The notes under the pieces were generated by a model. It was not told the origin of the DNA, did not search any database, and saw nothing but the letters and a program-made list of their open reading frames with translations. Shown here piece after piece: positions 63,034-64,000 of a DNA stretch of 64,000 bases (within the stretch, counting starts at the first letter, position 1; each line of letters opens with the position of its first letter). Position numbers and translations under genes: made by a program. Location of the stretch: positions 14,756,001-14,820,000 of the forward strand of contig CM119376.1 of the NCBI GenBank assembly GCA_051294905.1. The letters run 5' to 3'. Source of the stretch: Botryllus schlosseri (taxonomy: Eukaryota).

Positions 63034-63527
63034 CCTGTGTGTATTAGTGGAATCTTTGATGTGCACGAGACACCGATTCCATGACATTGGTGAAATGGAA
63101 AGCACGTAGTTGTCGGCTGCGAATCCTCTGCGAATTGCCGAATCCTCTTTTGTGTAACTGTTTTAAGTTTAGTATGAAGTATGAGTACGGAATTTAGTAA
63201 AATGGACCTAAGACAAAACTGAAAGTTGATTTGCTTGCTAATGATGTAAGATGTCGATTGAGTAGTGGACGCAGAAGTTGTAGGGATCTGTACTAGACGT
63301 CAGGAATCGTGGTCCTGTGATTTGCGCTCGCGGTCGGCTGCTTTGGAGCCGCATGTCTTGCAAATCTCTATATTATAGTAATTTTACAGGTTTTAGGCTA
63401 CATGAGTGAAATATATACACGTTCTAACAACGATGAAGCGTTTCACTAATCTGGAGATTCTTGGATTAGGTCACAGTCAATGAGTACCGGCATTAACAAG
63501 TGATGTCGGCCAAGAGACCATCCTCAA

Positions 63528-63913
63528 AAATGTGCATAATATGAATGATTTGCAATAATATCATGTTGGAGGAAGACACATTTACATATGCAAAAGAATC
63601 ACCATGAAACTGAAGGTTATCGATCCCGATGTTGATGTACTTTGCAAAGAAGAGGGGACTAACTATCCAGGGTCGAATGTCAATCGCTAGAGATTTGAGA
63701 AATCAAGAAACCAGTCATGGAAATGTGCATAATATGACTGATTTGGGATTGAATCATGTTGGGGGAAGGTAGCCTACATCGACGTTAACCACATTCATCT
63801 CGATTTCTACGATATCATCGACATGCAACTGAAGGTCATCCATTCTGATATTGATGAACTGCTAAAAGAGGTGACTAACTGCCCTGGGTCGAACGTCAAT
63901 TGCTAGAGATTTG
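63528..63913. repeat. Diverged two-unit tandem repeat (units ~170-190 bp)
   Basis: Shared blocks AAATGTGCATAATATGA, AACTGAAGGT and GGGTCGAAYGTCAATYGCTAGAGATTTG; starts 193 bp apart. Confidence 0.75.
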
Positions 63914-64000
63914 GGCTGAATATCATTACAAAGTTTACTGACTGTGTCAAATTCCCAAAAAAGTCAATGACTGCCAGAATACTCGAGTGATAGGACCAAG

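Overview
Eukaryotic, intron-rich genomic DNA, probably an invertebrate chordate such as an ascidian (inferred from the gene types and divergence, not proven). All exons and repeat boundaries were read by eye. Two convergent multi-exon genes can be assembled with consistent GT-AG boundaries and reading phases. (1) A CYP26-family retinoic-acid hydroxylase on +, 8 coding exons at 7083-16752, 575 aa. It has a ~50-aa insertion between helices J and K and a PDIF substitution in the PxRF meander. (2) A class-A somatostatin/opioid-like GPCR on -, 8 coding exons at 54770-39905, 443 aa. Its second extracellular loop is roughly tripled by a symmetric, Cys-rich exon, and it lacks Asp3.32. Much of the rest is densely populated by non-autonomous hAT DNA transposons from at least 8 TIR families. 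Twenty have identifiable 8-bp target-site duplications (16 perfect), and nesting reaches up to four deep. One frameshifted Tip100/ZMYM1-like hAT transposase, three CR1/L2-type LINE fragments, a tRNA-derived SINE and two foldback-like inverted structures are also present. A ~5.6-kb apparently repeat-free block at the CYP26 5' end contains candidate retinoic-acid response elements. No prokaryotic features or CRISPR arrays were found.
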